Assembly: GCF_000007005.1 (NCBI RefSeq)
Contig: NC_002754.1
Strand: one strand, 5' to 3'
DNA from: Saccharolobus solfataricus P2
GTDB taxonomy: Archaea > Thermoproteota > Thermoprotei_A > Sulfolobales > Sulfolobaceae
Length of the DNA stretch: 64,000 bases
A program made the translations under genes and the position numbers. The notes beneath the pieces are model-generated. The model worked only from the letters and a program-made list of their open reading frames with translations. It searched no databases and was not told the origin of the DNA. How positions within the stretch are numbered: position 1 is the first letter of the stretch; each line of letters opens with the position of its first letter. Positions 53,605 to 64,000 of this stretch are shown here, piece after piece.

Positions 53605-54876
53605 TCATGGGATTTCATGATATTTAATATCAATCCTCAGCCCTTGGGCTTCACCAAAGTCACGGGGAAACCCGTTCATCCCTCTCCGCCCCATTAGCGG
53701 AATAACCCCAACCCACACCCGCGGAATATCACGGATGTGAGGGAATCCGCACATCTTGAGATAAATATTCAGTGACGCGTTCAATTGCCTATCCAACTTG
53801 AACCCACACCTCTCACACTCAAAGGTCTTACCAACCTTTCGGGATACAAACCCACATCTGGGGCAAGACCTAGATGTAAAGTGTGGGTTCACTTCCTTAA
53901 CGAAAGAACCGTAAAGCGGAGCCTTGTACTTCAACACTCTATGTATACTCCCCCAAACAGTCCTAGAAATCTTCCTCGAAAGAGAGCCATTAGCATCCTT
54001 AAACATACTCTCTTTGCTAAGCTTTTCCACAGCGAAAAACGTCATGGGATATAGGTCTAGTAACGCATTTACAAATTTACGAACGAAGTCCAGAACGCGA
54101 TTCCTCTCCCTATGCGAATACTTCCTTAACAACTCTCTCCCCCTCTTCGTGTGCTTTGATGCAAATGATTGCACCTTAGCCCTCTTCACCTCCATGGAGT
54201 ACTTAAGGGAGTACAACTGCTTTAGTGAGATTGTAATGAACTTCTCTCCGTCGTAAGCGTCTAACGTGTATAAGTTGGAGTCAATGGCCAAGAAGTTTAA
54301 TGGTGTTGCCCAAGGTAACTTGTAACGAAATGGCAAATACACTTTCTCCTCCTTAATTATCGGTTCACCAAGTTCCAACTCCCTAACCCTTCTTGAGAAC
54401 CACAAGTTACTCCACGAGAAGGTGATGTACTCATAAGGTCTTACAGTTATTCTAACGCTTTCCCCCACAACCTTCCTCAGAGTCGTCTTTATCCTAACGT
54501 AAGCATTCTTCACCCCTGGTTTTTCAATCGAAGCTCTCCCCTTTATAGCCCTTTTCCTCCACGACTTCAAGATCGAGAATGCGTCATTAATTGCCTTATC
54601 GACGTAGTGTGACGCGAGGTGATTGATCTTCTCCAACTCTTCCCTAAGTGGTTTATACACCTCCTTCTTCTTCGGTAGTGTTATCTTGTAATTACCGTTC
54701 TTTCTTACTTGTATTTTCGTTAAACTCCACAAGTAGTCAATTGCTTTCTGTAGTAGTGTTCCGTATTCTTTAATTAACTCTTTGCTCTTCTCCCTCTTGT
54801 CGTTCTTGATGGAGTACGTGAAGTACACGTATTCCTCTTCCGGTTCAAATTTTCTAATTCTTAAGTTCTTCAGCAC
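53605..54876 (-). CDS. tnpB: TnpB (RuvC + Zn-ribbon, RNA-guided nuclease family)
   Basis: AIDSN (RuvC-I), FAVEKL (RuvC-II), CPRCG..CERCG, LDRQLNASLNI (RuvC-III). Confidence 0.93.
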   Translation of the reverse strand: MLKNLRIRKFEPEEEYVYFTYSIKNDKREKSKELIKEYGTLLQKAIDYLWSLTKIQVRKNGNYKITLPKKKEVYKPLREELEKINHLASHYVDKAINDAFSILKSWRKRAIKGRASIEKPGVKNAYVRIKTTLRKVVGESVRITVRPYEYITFSWSNLWFSRRVRELELGEPIIKEEKVYLPFRYKLPWATPLNFLAIDSNLYTLDAYDGEKFITISLKQLYSLKYSMEVKRAKVQSFASKHTKRGRELLRKYSHRERNRVLDFVRKFVNALLDLYPMTFFAVEKLSKESMFKDANGSLSRKISRTVWGSIHRVLKYKAPLYGSFVKEVNPHFTSRSCPRCGFVSRKVGKTFECERCGFKLDRQLNASLNIYLKMCGFPHIRDIPRVWVGVIPLMGRRGMNGFPRDFGEAQGLRIDIKYHEIP

Positions 54877-55432
54877 ATTTCTTCACCTTTTCGTATTTAT
54901 GACTCCTCATGCCATAGAGTTTCCCACTGAATGAGACTAGTATTGAGACTAAGTCTTCAACCAGTTCTTCCTCTTTGTCCTCTTGGTTTAGTACTACTAT
55001 TTCACAACCATGTGCTTTACAAGTCTCCTCCAGGATTTCGAAACCGAATCTGACTAGCCTATCTGGGTAAGCAACAACTACGCGTGATACTTCGTTGTTC
55101 AGTATCATTCTCAACAACTTCAAGAACCCCTTTCTCTTCATGTTTAACCCTGAACCTATGTCAGTAATTACGAGGTCGTATTCTTTGACTTGTTCCTCTA
55201 GGTACTTAACTTGGTTTACTAGATCGTCTTTTTGTGTGGAAGATGATACTCTAGCGTATAATATCACTTTTCTTTTTCTAATAATTCCCATTAGCCTCTC
55301 TATGTCTTCTTCTCTGAACCTCCATTTTCCGCTCTGTAGTATAACTGGTTTTATGTATCCTTTCTTAACGTATTCTCTAAGTGTTGCATAGGATATTCCT
55401 AGTCTTTGGCATGCTTCTTTAGGTCTTAGCAT
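54854..55432 (-). CDS. tnpA: IS607 TnpA serine recombinase with MerR-like HTH
   Basis: LRPKEACQRLGIS, LYARVSS, DIGSG and YPDRLVRFGFE. Confidence 0.95.
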   Translation of the reverse strand: MLRPKEACQRLGISYATLREYVKKGYIKPVILQSGKWRFREEDIERLMGIIRKRKVILYARVSSSTQKDDLVNQVKYLEEQVKEYDLVITDIGSGLNMKRKGFLKLLRMILNNEVSRVVVAYPDRLVRFGFEILEETCKAHGCEIVVLNQEDKEEELVEDLVSILVSFSGKLYGMRSHKYEKVKKCAEELKN

Positions 55433-55618
55433 TGTATAAGAGTTTGTTGCAAAATAATATAAACTTTACGGTTTATCGGAAACTGTTGGCAACGGCGGAG
55501 TATTGGAGATTAAGGGGCAAAAGGTTTCTAAATAACTTTTTTGACTAATTTTCCTTAAACCGATATTTTTTGCCCCTAGTTTAGTTGACTTTTTTAGTTG
55601 TCATGAAATTTTTACCTT

Positions 55619-56212
55619 ATGGAGTGCCCTAAAATCCTTGTCCTATTCTATGGATATGGTTCGATAGTAGATTTAGCTAAAAACGTAGCAGAAGGAGCAA
55701 AGGAAATAACAAAAGAAGTTAAGTTGGCTAGAGTAAAAGAATATTTTCCACAAGAAATAGTTAACAAGTTTAGAATTCCTATTGATACTGTTAAGGATAT
55801 ACCGGAGGCTACATTATCTGATCTTGAATGGGCTGATGGAATTGTAATGGGATCTCCAACAAGATATGGAAATATGACTGGCCAATTAAAACTCTTTCTA
55901 GACCAAACTGCTGAATTGTGGATAAAAGGGTCATTGTACGGAAAACCAGTGGGATTCTTCACTGAAGCATCAACAATGCATGGAGGGCACGAAAGTACAA
56001 TATTGGCAATGGCGAATTACGCTTATCACCATGGAATGATAATAGTTCCAGTAGGATATGGAATAAAGGAAGTCTCAAGTACTATGACTGGAGGAAGTCC
56101 GTATGGAGCATCGCACTTGGGAAATAAGAAGGAGTTAGATGAAAATGAGATCAATATAGCTAAGTTCTTAGGCAAAAGAGTTGCAGAAGTTGCAAAGAAG
56201 TTGAGATGTTAA
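55619..56212 (+). CDS. wrbA: WrbA-family NAD(P)H:quinone oxidoreductase
   Basis: GSPTRYGNM, STMHGGHEST and GGSPYGAS. Confidence 0.93.
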   Translation: MECPKILVLFYGYGSIVDLAKNVAEGAKEITKEVKLARVKEYFPQEIVNKFRIPIDTVKDIPEATLSDLEWADGIVMGSPTRYGNMTGQLKLFLDQTAELWIKGSLYGKPVGFFTEASTMHGGHESTILAMANYAYHHGMIIVPVGYGIKEVSSTMTGGSPYGASHLGNKKELDENEINIAKFLGKRVAEVAKKLRC

Positions 56213-56952
56213 CGTTTATAAATGAACTCTTTTTTTGAGTACTTTTCGTTAGCCAGCCTCATTGCAAGCTTCAATTCCTCATCACTTATATCGTCGAAAA
56301 AATAGTCATCGCAACGTAAGAGTGACGAGAAACCTCTTATGAAAGCCTCAATCGCTTCATCATAGGTTATATCGCCTTTTACCAAGTTTGAGAGATTGCT
56401 TACTCGATACTTTATCATGTTAATATCTTTTTTTCTGTAATTTTTAGGAGGTATTATTAGTACCTTATGCAATATATCCAAATTAGATGAAACGAGAAGA
56501 GTGCCGTGTAAAAGATACTTATCCTCATTTATATATCCAGCATTGCCAGAAATCTTGTAACCCTTAAATGCAATATCAGTTTCGTTATAAACCTCAACTC
56601 TATCATTTACCAAATTCTCTATTGCGCTAATCGTACCTCTTAGCAAATAACCGTAAAGATAATCTATGCCACCTTGACCGCTTGTTATGAAAGTATAGTT
56701 TATGTTCCCCATATCGTGAAAGACAGACCCTCCACCGCTAATCCTCCTAGCCAATTTCACATCGTATTTCTTAATCATTTCTAAATTAACCTCATCACTT
56801 ATACTTGACAATATTCCTAAAACTACACTCTTCTCGTTTCTCCATATTCTTAAAATAGGGACGTATTTACTGTGTAATAAAAGCGCTTCGTCCATTGCAA
56901 CATTCAAATAGGGGTCATTGGGATATTCCGTTAATAATACCCTAAGCTTCAC
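56209..56952 (-). CDS. lplA: Lipoate-protein ligase A catalytic domain (no C-terminal LplB domain)
   Basis: NVAMDEA, RRISGGGSVFHDMGNIN, KISGNA and HGTLL. Confidence 0.9.
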   Translation of the reverse strand: MKLRVLLTEYPNDPYLNVAMDEALLLHSKYVPILRIWRNEKSVVLGILSSISDEVNLEMIKKYDVKLARRISGGGSVFHDMGNINYTFITSGQGGIDYLYGYLLRGTISAIENLVNDRVEVYNETDIAFKGYKISGNAGYINEDKYLLHGTLLVSSNLDILHKVLIIPPKNYRKKDINMIKYRVSNLSNLVKGDITYDEAIEAFIRGFSSLLRCDDYFFDDISDEELKLAMRLANEKYSKKEFIYKR

Positions 56953-56987
56953 TATGCTTTTTATTTTCCATTATCAATTTATAGTTT

Positions 56988-57233
56988 GTGCAAGCCGAGT
57001 TAAAGATCCCAGAAGATATATGGCCTAGAAGAAGGGATTGGGGAGGGGAAATAGTCTCATTATACATAAAAGAAGGAAGTGAGATTAAGGTAGGAGATGT
57101 TATAGCTGAGGTTGAGATCGAGAAGGCAATATTAAAGATTTTATCCCAGTACAATGGTAAGGTAATTAAAGTTTTGGTAAGAGAAGGAGATAAGGTATCG
57201 CCAGGATCAGTTATAGCCTTAATAGAGGTTTAG
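56988..57233 (+). CDS. Stand-alone lipoyl-domain carrier protein
   Basis: EGSEIKVGDVIAEVEIEKA hairpin lysine, GKV..V.EGD.V; GTG start. Confidence 0.85.
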   Translation: MQAELKIPEDIWPRRRDWGGEIVSLYIKEGSEIKVGDVIAEVEIEKAILKILSQYNGKVIKVLVREGDKVSPGSVIALIEV

Positions 57234-57236
57234 ATA

Positions 57237-58094
57237 ATGGAGAAAAAAGTTCAAATTGCAGTTTACGAGAATGAAAACTTCAAAAGAGTAGCAGAGATTG
57301 TAAAGAAGAAAAGTATTGCTACTGTGTGTGAAGAGGCGCTATGCCCAAACATTATGGAATGCTGGGGATCTGGAACTGCAACATTTATGATCATGGGGAG
57401 CATTTGTACTAGAGGTTGTAGGTTTTGTTATGTGTTAAAGGGAAAGCCCTCACCATTGGACGATGAAGAACCTAAAAGAGTTGCAGAAGCGGTAAAGGAG
57501 ATGGAACTGGACTACGTTGTAATAACCAGTGTTGATAGAGACGACCTATCCGATGGGGGAGCACAACATTTCGCTAACGTGGTGAAAACAGTAAAAGAAC
57601 TTAACCCGGGTATAATAGTTGAAGTGTTAACTCCAGACTTTAGGGGGAATATTGACGCAGTTAAAAAAGTAATTGATGCTGGAGTTGACGTATTTGCACA
57701 TAACGTTGAGACCGTAAGAAGACTAACGCCAATAGTAAGGGACCCTAGAGCCTCATATGAGCAAAGTCTCAATGTTTTAAAATATGCTGAAAACGTGATA
57801 AAAAAATCCTCAATCCTCTTAGGTCTCGGTGAGACTTGGGATGAGATAGTAGAAACGATGAGAGATTTGAGAAGTGTAGGAGTTAGTATATTGGTACTTT
57901 CACAATATATGAGACCTAGTCGTAAACAATTGGAGGTTAAGAAGCGTTATACTTTAGAAGAGTTTAAGGAACTTGAGGAAATAGCCTACTCAATGGGTTT
58001 CTCAGCTGTGATCTCCTTACCATTAGCTAGAACCTCTTATAAGGCGAAAGAGGCCTATTTTAGGGCGATTGAAAATGCTAAGAATCATAGTTGA
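57237..58094 (+). CDS. lipA: Lipoyl synthase (radical SAM)
   Basis: [26 protein letters not shown] and RTSY. Confidence 0.96.
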
Positions 58095-58863
58095 TGGTCC
58101 TAGAGATCCTTATTATAATATGGCAATTGATGAGGCAATAATGCTGACTAGAAATAGTGTTAATTATGATACGTTAAGACTATACATGTGGTCTCCATCA
58201 GGTGTAAGTTTAGGTAGGGGACAAAACGCTAATGCTGCGTACTTAGATAACATTAAGGAGTTAGGGTTTAAATTAGTGAGAAGGCCAACTGGAGGTGGGG
58301 CATTACTACATCCAGAAGATAACGAAATTACATATAGTGTGGTATTGTCAGCTAGCAATACAATAGCTAAATTAAGTGTTGATGAGTCTGCCGTAGAGAT
58401 CGCTAAGGGTATATTATACACTCTTCAAATCTTAGGTGAAAACGTTGACATTAGAGGTTTGGGGGATATGAAAAAACACGACTTATGTTATTTGAGAAGT
58501 GGATCAAGCGATGTGATAGTTGCTGGGAGAAAAATATCTGGATCAGCCCAAGTAAGGGATGATAAAGCGTTATTACAGCATGGTACATTGCTACTTAGAT
58601 TTGAACCAGAAATTTGGTTAAAGGTGATTAGAGCACCAGGAGTTACTGAGGAGTTCTTAAAAAGTAGGATAGTAGGCTTATTTGAATTTATGGAAGTTGA
58701 AATAGATCAAATTTTTGACGCAATGATAAAAGGTTTCAGTAAGGCGTTAAATGAAATAGACGTATTTATGGGAAGTCTGACTCCGAAGGAGATAAAATTA
58801 TCTAATAAACTTTACAAAGAAAAATATTCTAACGAGAAGTGGAATTTACTAGGTATCCAATAA
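58069..58863 (+). CDS. LipM-like octanoyltransferase / lipoate ligase family protein
   Basis: [31 protein letters not shown], similar to the Cys-containing LipM segment. Confidence 0.82.
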
Positions 58864-59883
58864 ATCAGCAATATGGTATACGTCATAACCCATTGACCTT
58901 ATGGCTAATGCACAGACACTATTAGTTACAATAACCTTTTTAGCTTCGCTTTTGGCTATCTTACCCCTCTTAACGTTCATTACCATATCAGATAGCTTAG
59001 GATGAGATAACCAATAATCACCACCAGCACCACACTCGAAATGTGGATCCTCCATCTCCCTTATTTTAATTCCCATTTTCTCAGCAACATTACGAATATG
59101 TGAAACTAGCTTTTGTCTATAGGCATGACAAGGATAGTGAACAGTAAATGTATCGTTAACCTTAGGTAGTTCAATGCCTTCCTTTATTAGAAATTCAGCA
59201 AAATCATATGCGTTAATTTCTATACCAAACCATTCCTTATACTCCTTCATAAATGCTGCACAATTAGACTGCAGCGTTATAACTTTTTTACCCTTCACTT
59301 TTTCAGCAAGTCTAATTGCTAACTTTTTAGCCCCTTCATAATTTCCGTTGCTTATGTGAGCTAGCCCACAACAACCATTAATAATCTTTACCTTGTATTT
59401 TTTACCTAAATATTTGTAAGCCTTCTCAACAGTTTTCCTAAAGATAACTGATTCTATACAACCAGGGAATAGTATTATGTCCCCTTCTCCATCAGTTTCC
59501 AATGGTTCTGAGACTTCATTAGGTTTAACGAATTTCACAAACCTCTGTACTTCTGGATAACTATTCGCCTTGCTTAATAACTTTAACGATTTGGCTAATA
59601 ACTTTGGATTCTCCAACATTTTTTCCATTACGGTTTTCTTTAGAGAACTCTTCCTAACCGGCGTAATGATTTGGGCGTATTTCACACCCGCTGGGCAAGC
59701 AGTTTCGCACAATCTACAATACATGCACGTCTCGAATCCGGTACTATTTATTCCAATCCTCACTGCCTCTATTCTACCCCTCGGTGAGTGCACTTCATTT
59801 CTAGTTACAACGTACGTTGGGCAAGTTTCTAGACAAAATCCACAGTGGGTACACATTTCAGTTAATTTTAAGGACGAGATCAT
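58849..59883 (-). CDS. glcF: Glycolate/lactate oxidase Fe-S subunit
   Basis: CTHCGFCLETCP, CMYCRLCETACP, CCG and HYPCH. Confidence 0.88.
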   Translation of the reverse strand: MISSLKLTEMCTHCGFCLETCPTYVVTRNEVHSPRGRIEAVRIGINSTGFETCMYCRLCETACPAGVKYAQIITPVRKSSLKKTVMEKMLENPKLLAKSLKLLSKANSYPEVQRFVKFVKPNEVSEPLETDGEGDIILFPGCIESVIFRKTVEKAYKYLGKKYKVKIINGCCGLAHISNGNYEGAKKLAIRLAEKVKGKKVITLQSNCAAFMKEYKEWFGIEINAYDFAEFLIKEGIELPKVNDTFTVHYPCHAYRQKLVSHIRNVAEKMGIKIREMEDPHFECGAGGDYWLSHPKLSDMVMNVKRGKIAKSEAKKVIVTNSVCALAIRSMGYDVYHIADLLDT

Positions 59884-61283
59884 ATATCTCCCTCTAATAA
59901 GTAAGTATGTATCCTATTTACCGTGTTGCATATTTCATTTTTAGCTGGAGGAATCAACTTACACGGATTTAGAAGCCTCTTGGGATCAAATGTCGCCTTT
60001 AGTCTTCGCATTAGGGTCAAGTCGTCTTCTGAGTAGTAAAGCTTCATAAACTTTATCTTCTCTATACCAATGCCGTGTTCTCCACTAGGTACTCCGCCTA
60101 CTTTTATAGCTAATTTTGTAATCTCTTCAGCTGCTTTAATTGCTTTAATTGTTTCATCAGCGTTCTTAGGATCAAAACCTATTAGCGGATGTAGGGTACC
60201 ATCTCCAGCGTGGAAACTGTTAGCAACGGGCAATCCATATTTCTTACTAATTTCATACGTAAATCTTAACATTGTAGGTAAGGTCGATCTGGGAACATTA
60301 GCGTCTAATGTTAAATAAGCCGGAGAGTAATAGGCAAATGATGGAAAAGCTCCCTTTCTACCCCACCACCATCTATTTTTCTCTTCCTCATCTTTAGGGA
60401 TAAACACTTCACCATTATTATTCCTTATCGCACTCACTACTCTGACCTCCTCCTCTTCCACATTAACACTATACCCGTCAAGTTCTATTAGGAGAATAGC
60501 TTCAGCCATAGGATAATTTGCTTTATATTGAGTGTTCTCTATGGCAATTATGGAATTCTTATCTAGAAATTCCATTGCTGCTGGTGTTACTCCAGCTTTA
60601 TATACGCTTACAACTGCTTTCCCAGCATCGTCAATAGAATTAAATGAGGCTAGAATAGTCTTACTAACTTCAGGTTTCGGGAATAACCTTAGCGTCGCCC
60701 TTAAGATAACTCCTAAAGTACCCTCTGCGCCTACAAATATTGATGTAGGATCAAAGAAATTACTACTACCAATCTCCTCAACATGTCCATTACTTAAAAG
60801 AACCTTTAACCTAATTATACTGTCGAACGTAGTGCCATATTTTGGAGTATGCATCCCACCTGAGTCGTGACTTATATTACCGCCTATAGATGATACCACA
60901 TAACTTGAAGGATCTGGGGCGTAGAAAAGGTTAGAATTACCTAATGTTTTATTAATTAAAAAGTTTGCTAATCCTGGTCCTACCGTAATTTCAAAATTAT
61001 CCAGTGAATAAATTCTGTTTAGCCTTGTTAACGAAATTACTACTTCACCTTGTGTTGGTGTGGTTGCCCCACTTAAACTTGTCCCAGAACCCCTTACTAT
61101 ATACTTTATATTATTCTCATTCAGAAAATTTACTAAAGAAATTACCTCCTCCTCACTTCCGGGTAAAACGACAACTGGAGGTTCTATTTTTAATGGTATA
61201 AATGCCGGGTAGGAATATAGTTTAGCTTCATCTCCAGAAATTACCCACTCCTCGCCCACTATTTCAGCTAATTTGCTAATCAC
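59880..61283 (-). CDS. glcD: Glycolate/lactate oxidase FAD subunit
   Basis: RGSGTSLSG, APDPSS, GAEGTLG, HAGDGTLHP and GEHGIG. Confidence 0.92.
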   Translation of the reverse strand: MISKLAEIVGEEWVISGDEAKLYSYPAFIPLKIEPPVVVLPGSEEEVISLVNFLNENNIKYIVRGSGTSLSGATTPTQGEVVISLTRLNRIYSLDNFEITVGPGLANFLINKTLGNSNLFYAPDPSSYVVSSIGGNISHDSGGMHTPKYGTTFDSIIRLKVLLSNGHVEEIGSSNFFDPTSIFVGAEGTLGVILRATLRLFPKPEVSKTILASFNSIDDAGKAVVSVYKAGVTPAAMEFLDKNSIIAIENTQYKANYPMAEAILLIELDGYSVNVEEEEVRVVSAIRNNNGEVFIPKDEEEKNRWWWGRKGAFPSFAYYSPAYLTLDANVPRSTLPTMLRFTYEISKKYGLPVANSFHAGDGTLHPLIGFDPKNADETIKAIKAAEEITKLAIKVGGVPSGEHGIGIEKIKFMKLYYSEDDLTLMRRLKATFDPKRLLNPCKLIPPAKNEICNTVNRIHTYLLEGDI

Positions 61284-61355
61284 ATGGTTAACGTCTTCAA
61301 AATAGTTTATAAATTACCTTTTATATTTTATCTTTATCATATATAAACTTCCATA

Positions 61356-62435
61356 TTAAAGTATCAACCCAGGTTGAAGAATATTATTGGGATCAAAAGC
61401 CTCCTTTAACATTTGTAATGTTTCTTTATCCCTTATTCCCCAGTAATCCCCATTATAATATCCTCTTTCAACAACTACTTGCTCATCAATTTCTCGCCTT
61501 AATACCTCAAGATTATCGAATGAAGCCACTTCCAATCTACAATAACCAGTACCAACTATTCCTATTCCCCTTTTAACCCTCATGATACTCTTAGCCTTCC
61601 TAATCACATCAACCTCCTTTCCCCTCACAGTATGGATTGAAATAACCTTTTCATCACTAGTGTAATCTATACTATAGAAGCCATCTTCCCCTTTTGCTCC
61701 AATCTCTTCCCCTATCTTCTCTATGGCTCTTCTAAATCCAATAAACGTAACGTAAGTCTTATCTCCTTTCTCATCAGTTTCATATATTATAGAAATTGGT
61801 CTATATTTGCTAGTTAAGTTAACCTTATCTGTCTGAAATGTTACGATTACTTCTGGAAAAGGATATATTTTTAACGTTGCTTCTAGATAAATACCCAACC
61901 AGCCTAACATACCAGATAAGATTTTATGTATTTTATAACCGGAGGAGAATTTAAGGGTCTTCCCGCCTCCCTTGGCTATAATACCGTCTCCAGTAATTAC
62001 CTTAGCCATTAATATTAAGTTCTTAGGATAACCGTAAAATGAGGAAAAAGGCGTAGGTAAATTAGTTGCCAATAACCCTCCTAAGGATCCATCGTAATAT
62101 GCTGGAAGAAATAGACCCTTAGCCTTTATTATTTCAAATAAGTCAGAAACTCTTACTCCGACTTGCGATGTAACGTAAAGGTCATCATCTGAAATCTCAA
62201 CAACATTATTAAATTGGCTTAATTTAACGCCAATATCTATACTAACAGGGGGACCTATATGGTGCATATTGAATGAAAAGGGATAAATAGACAGCTTTTT
62301 TTCGTTAGCAAACTTAATTACATCCCTAAGCTCTGCGTAAGTTTGTGGAATGGCTGTAATTTTCCATCTTGCAGGACCCTCATCTTTCCCGTTAGATACT
62401 TTGACAATCTTGCCTAATTCATCAACCCAATCCAT
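61356..62435 (-). CDS. glcE: Glycolate/lactate oxidase FAD-binding subunit
   Basis: GSLGGLLATN, GGKTLKFSSGY and FDPNNILQPG; likely start MDWVDELG at 62435 (ORF track 62504). Confidence 0.82.
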   Translation of the reverse strand: MDWVDELGKIVKVSNGKDEGPARWKITAIPQTYAELRDVIKFANEKKLSIYPFSFNMHHIGPPVSIDIGVKLSQFNNVVEISDDDLYVTSQVGVRVSDLFEIIKAKGLFLPAYYDGSLGGLLATNLPTPFSSFYGYPKNLILMAKVITGDGIIAKGGGKTLKFSSGYKIHKILSGMLGWLGIYLEATLKIYPFPEVIVTFQTDKVNLTSKYRPISIIYETDEKGDKTYVTFIGFRRAIEKIGEEIGAKGEDGFYSIDYTSDEKVISIHTVRGKEVDVIRKAKSIMRVKRGIGIVGTGYCRLEVASFDNLEVLRREIDEQVVVERGYYNGDYWGIRDKETLQMLKEAFDPNNILQPGLIL

Positions 62436-62469
62436 TAATAGAAAAGGGGACAAATTATAAAAATAGTTT

Positions 62470-63096
62470 TTGATCAAGAGTATAATATTAATGCCAATAT
62501 ACATTTACTGCATAGATAAAGATAAGTTGATTTACTGCAACAATACTGGAGAACTTTATTATGTGTTTGAGTATACGAGGAATAATGAGTTATTACTATC
62601 TAAATGCCGAAACAGTAAATGCGAACAAGTAGACGATGTAATCTCAGAATTAGGAAAATATCGTTTTGCCAATGAGATAGATAATTTCGATGAGATAATG
62701 GGTAAGATAGACGAAATAACTTCATTTCTTACGAAACATAATCTAAAGATATATTTTATTGGCGATAGTTCAGTCTTAGAGGCCATATACACACCATTAC
62801 TATTTTATTATAAATATTTTGGATTAAAGGAAGCCAAGGATAAGGTAAATTATGTAAAATCATGGCTTGATAAGCTTATTTTAGCTAGAAGAGTTCTAGA
62901 TAAAATAGGAATAATGGAATTCAAATCCCATATGGATACCTTAGATGGAAGATATGCTATTTGGTTGAATACTGAAGACGAGTCTACATCTTTTATCTCA
63001 AGTGAAGGGGATTTGGTTAAATGCTGGATTTCATATAATGACTGCGATCTACTTATCGAGAGAAAAGGAAAGAGGATTTGCATTAAGAGTAATTAG
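62470..63096 (+). CDS. Hypothetical protein
   Basis: 208-aa ORF with several Cys; no family recognised. Confidence 0.65.
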   Translation: MIKSIILMPIYIYCIDKDKLIYCNNTGELYYVFEYTRNNELLLSKCRNSKCEQVDDVISELGKYRFANEIDNFDEIMGKIDEITSFLTKHNLKIYFIGDSSVLEAIYTPLLFYYKYFGLKEAKDKVNYVKSWLDKLILARRVLDKIGIMEFKSHMDTLDGRYAIWLNTEDESTSFISSEGDLVKCWISYNDCDLLIERKGKRICIKSN

Positions 63097-63193
63097 ACTC
63101 TTTCCTCATTTTCTCAATCCCAATTTCTATTAACCTTCTAATTGCGCTATAGGCGTCGTTTATCGTTTCGTACCATTTATCGTAAACACCCTA

Positions 63194-63997
63194 CTACCTT
63201 AACTTCCCAATACTAACGATATCTTCACCTTTAATCAACTTTAGATCAAAATCCCCATTAAAGTAGCCGAAATTTATCCTTAGATTAATATCAGATACCA
63301 TATCATTAATAGAATCTATAATATTCCTTATGATAGTAAACCTTTCCATGAGAGTTCCTACGCTATTTATCGTTAGCAACAGATAATAATCATCAGCTCC
63401 TTCCATTCTACTCTCGTCGTAATTAATTATATAATCAACTATTTTATTTATTCCAGTTTCAATATTATCGACAGTATCAAATTTTAACTTATCGATATAA
63501 TATATCCTATCATAAAAAAGGATAGCTACTTGCTCGGCGTCACTATCATCTTCAACATTAGCAAAGGCGTAAATTTTCTTACTTTCCATTAACGAGACTA
63601 CCACACTTAATATTACTGTCTTATCATTACTCTTTATCAAATATTGGACTTGATCTTCAATTTTATTCCTACCCAATACTGGATAATTTTCTTCAATAAT
63701 CTTATTTACAACAGAAAATATCTCAGATCTAACGTAAAGAAATCTATTTGAAGTAACCTCAATAGATCTCTCCTTGACAAACTTTGAAATCGAAAATAGG
63801 CAATACTTTACGGATTCCTTATAATCATTAAACTTATACAGACCTTGATTAATGGAATCATGAACTTCATTTAAATCGAAGATTTCACATAGTTTTACCT
63901 CTCCATAATAGAAAGTAGTATTACTAATTACAGAACTAATATAGCCCTTGATTTCAATAAGAGAATCGTCTAACGATACCAAGAGAACATCTCCCAT
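63194..63997 (-). CDS. Hypothetical protein
   Basis: 267-aa acidic ORF; no family recognised. Confidence 0.65.
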   Translation of the reverse strand: MGDVLLVSLDDSLIEIKGYISSVISNTTFYYGEVKLCEIFDLNEVHDSINQGLYKFNDYKESVKYCLFSISKFVKERSIEVTSNRFLYVRSEIFSVVNKIIEENYPVLGRNKIEDQVQYLIKSNDKTVILSVVVSLMESKKIYAFANVEDDSDAEQVAILFYDRIYYIDKLKFDTVDNIETGINKIVDYIINYDESRMEGADDYYLLLTINSVGTLMERFTIIRNIIDSINDMVSDINLRINFGYFNGDFDLKLIKGEDIVSIGKLR

Positions 63998-64000
63998 GTC

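Larger units (their letters stand above)
53592..55495 (-). mobile_element. IS607-family element, ISC1904-like
   Basis: tnpA (serine recombinase) overlapping tnpB; about 1.9 kb between GG dinucleotides near 53593 and 55495; no TIR or TSD; 10-bp direct repeat TTGGGCTTCA at 53598 and 53644. Ends are approximate. Confidence 0.88.

Overview
AT-rich archaeal chromosomal window. Gene content and IS types match Sulfolobales, almost certainly Saccharolobus (Sulfolobus) solfataricus around loci SSO3095-SSO3165; the locus mapping is recalled from protein sequences, not searched. It holds: surface-protein genes with a membrane-tethered wHTH regulator; M32 carboxypeptidase, ilvD, tatAC; a DUF35/thiolase-fold/SDR module; the oxidative pentose (Weimberg) genes dopDH, kdaD and araD with ARA-boxes; alpha-galactosidase; vapBC; lutAB; a five-gene type IV pilin-like/adhesin cluster; a CedA paralogue; a lipoate module; glcDEF-like genes; and six MFS transporters. 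Mobile DNA: two complete 1439-bp ISC1439 copies (9-bp TSDs), a 1440-bp ISH3-family IS (4-bp TSD), an IS607-family ISC1904-like element (tnpA+tnpB) and several decayed remnants. No rRNA, tRNA or CRISPR array was seen. Best leads: the pilin/adhesin cluster with nearby CedA paralogue, an orphan TnpB-3'-end/omegaRNA-like unit with its own TATA box, a TnpB with a non-canonical RuvC-III, a membrane-tethered regulator module, and a stand-alone lipoyl-carrier relay.
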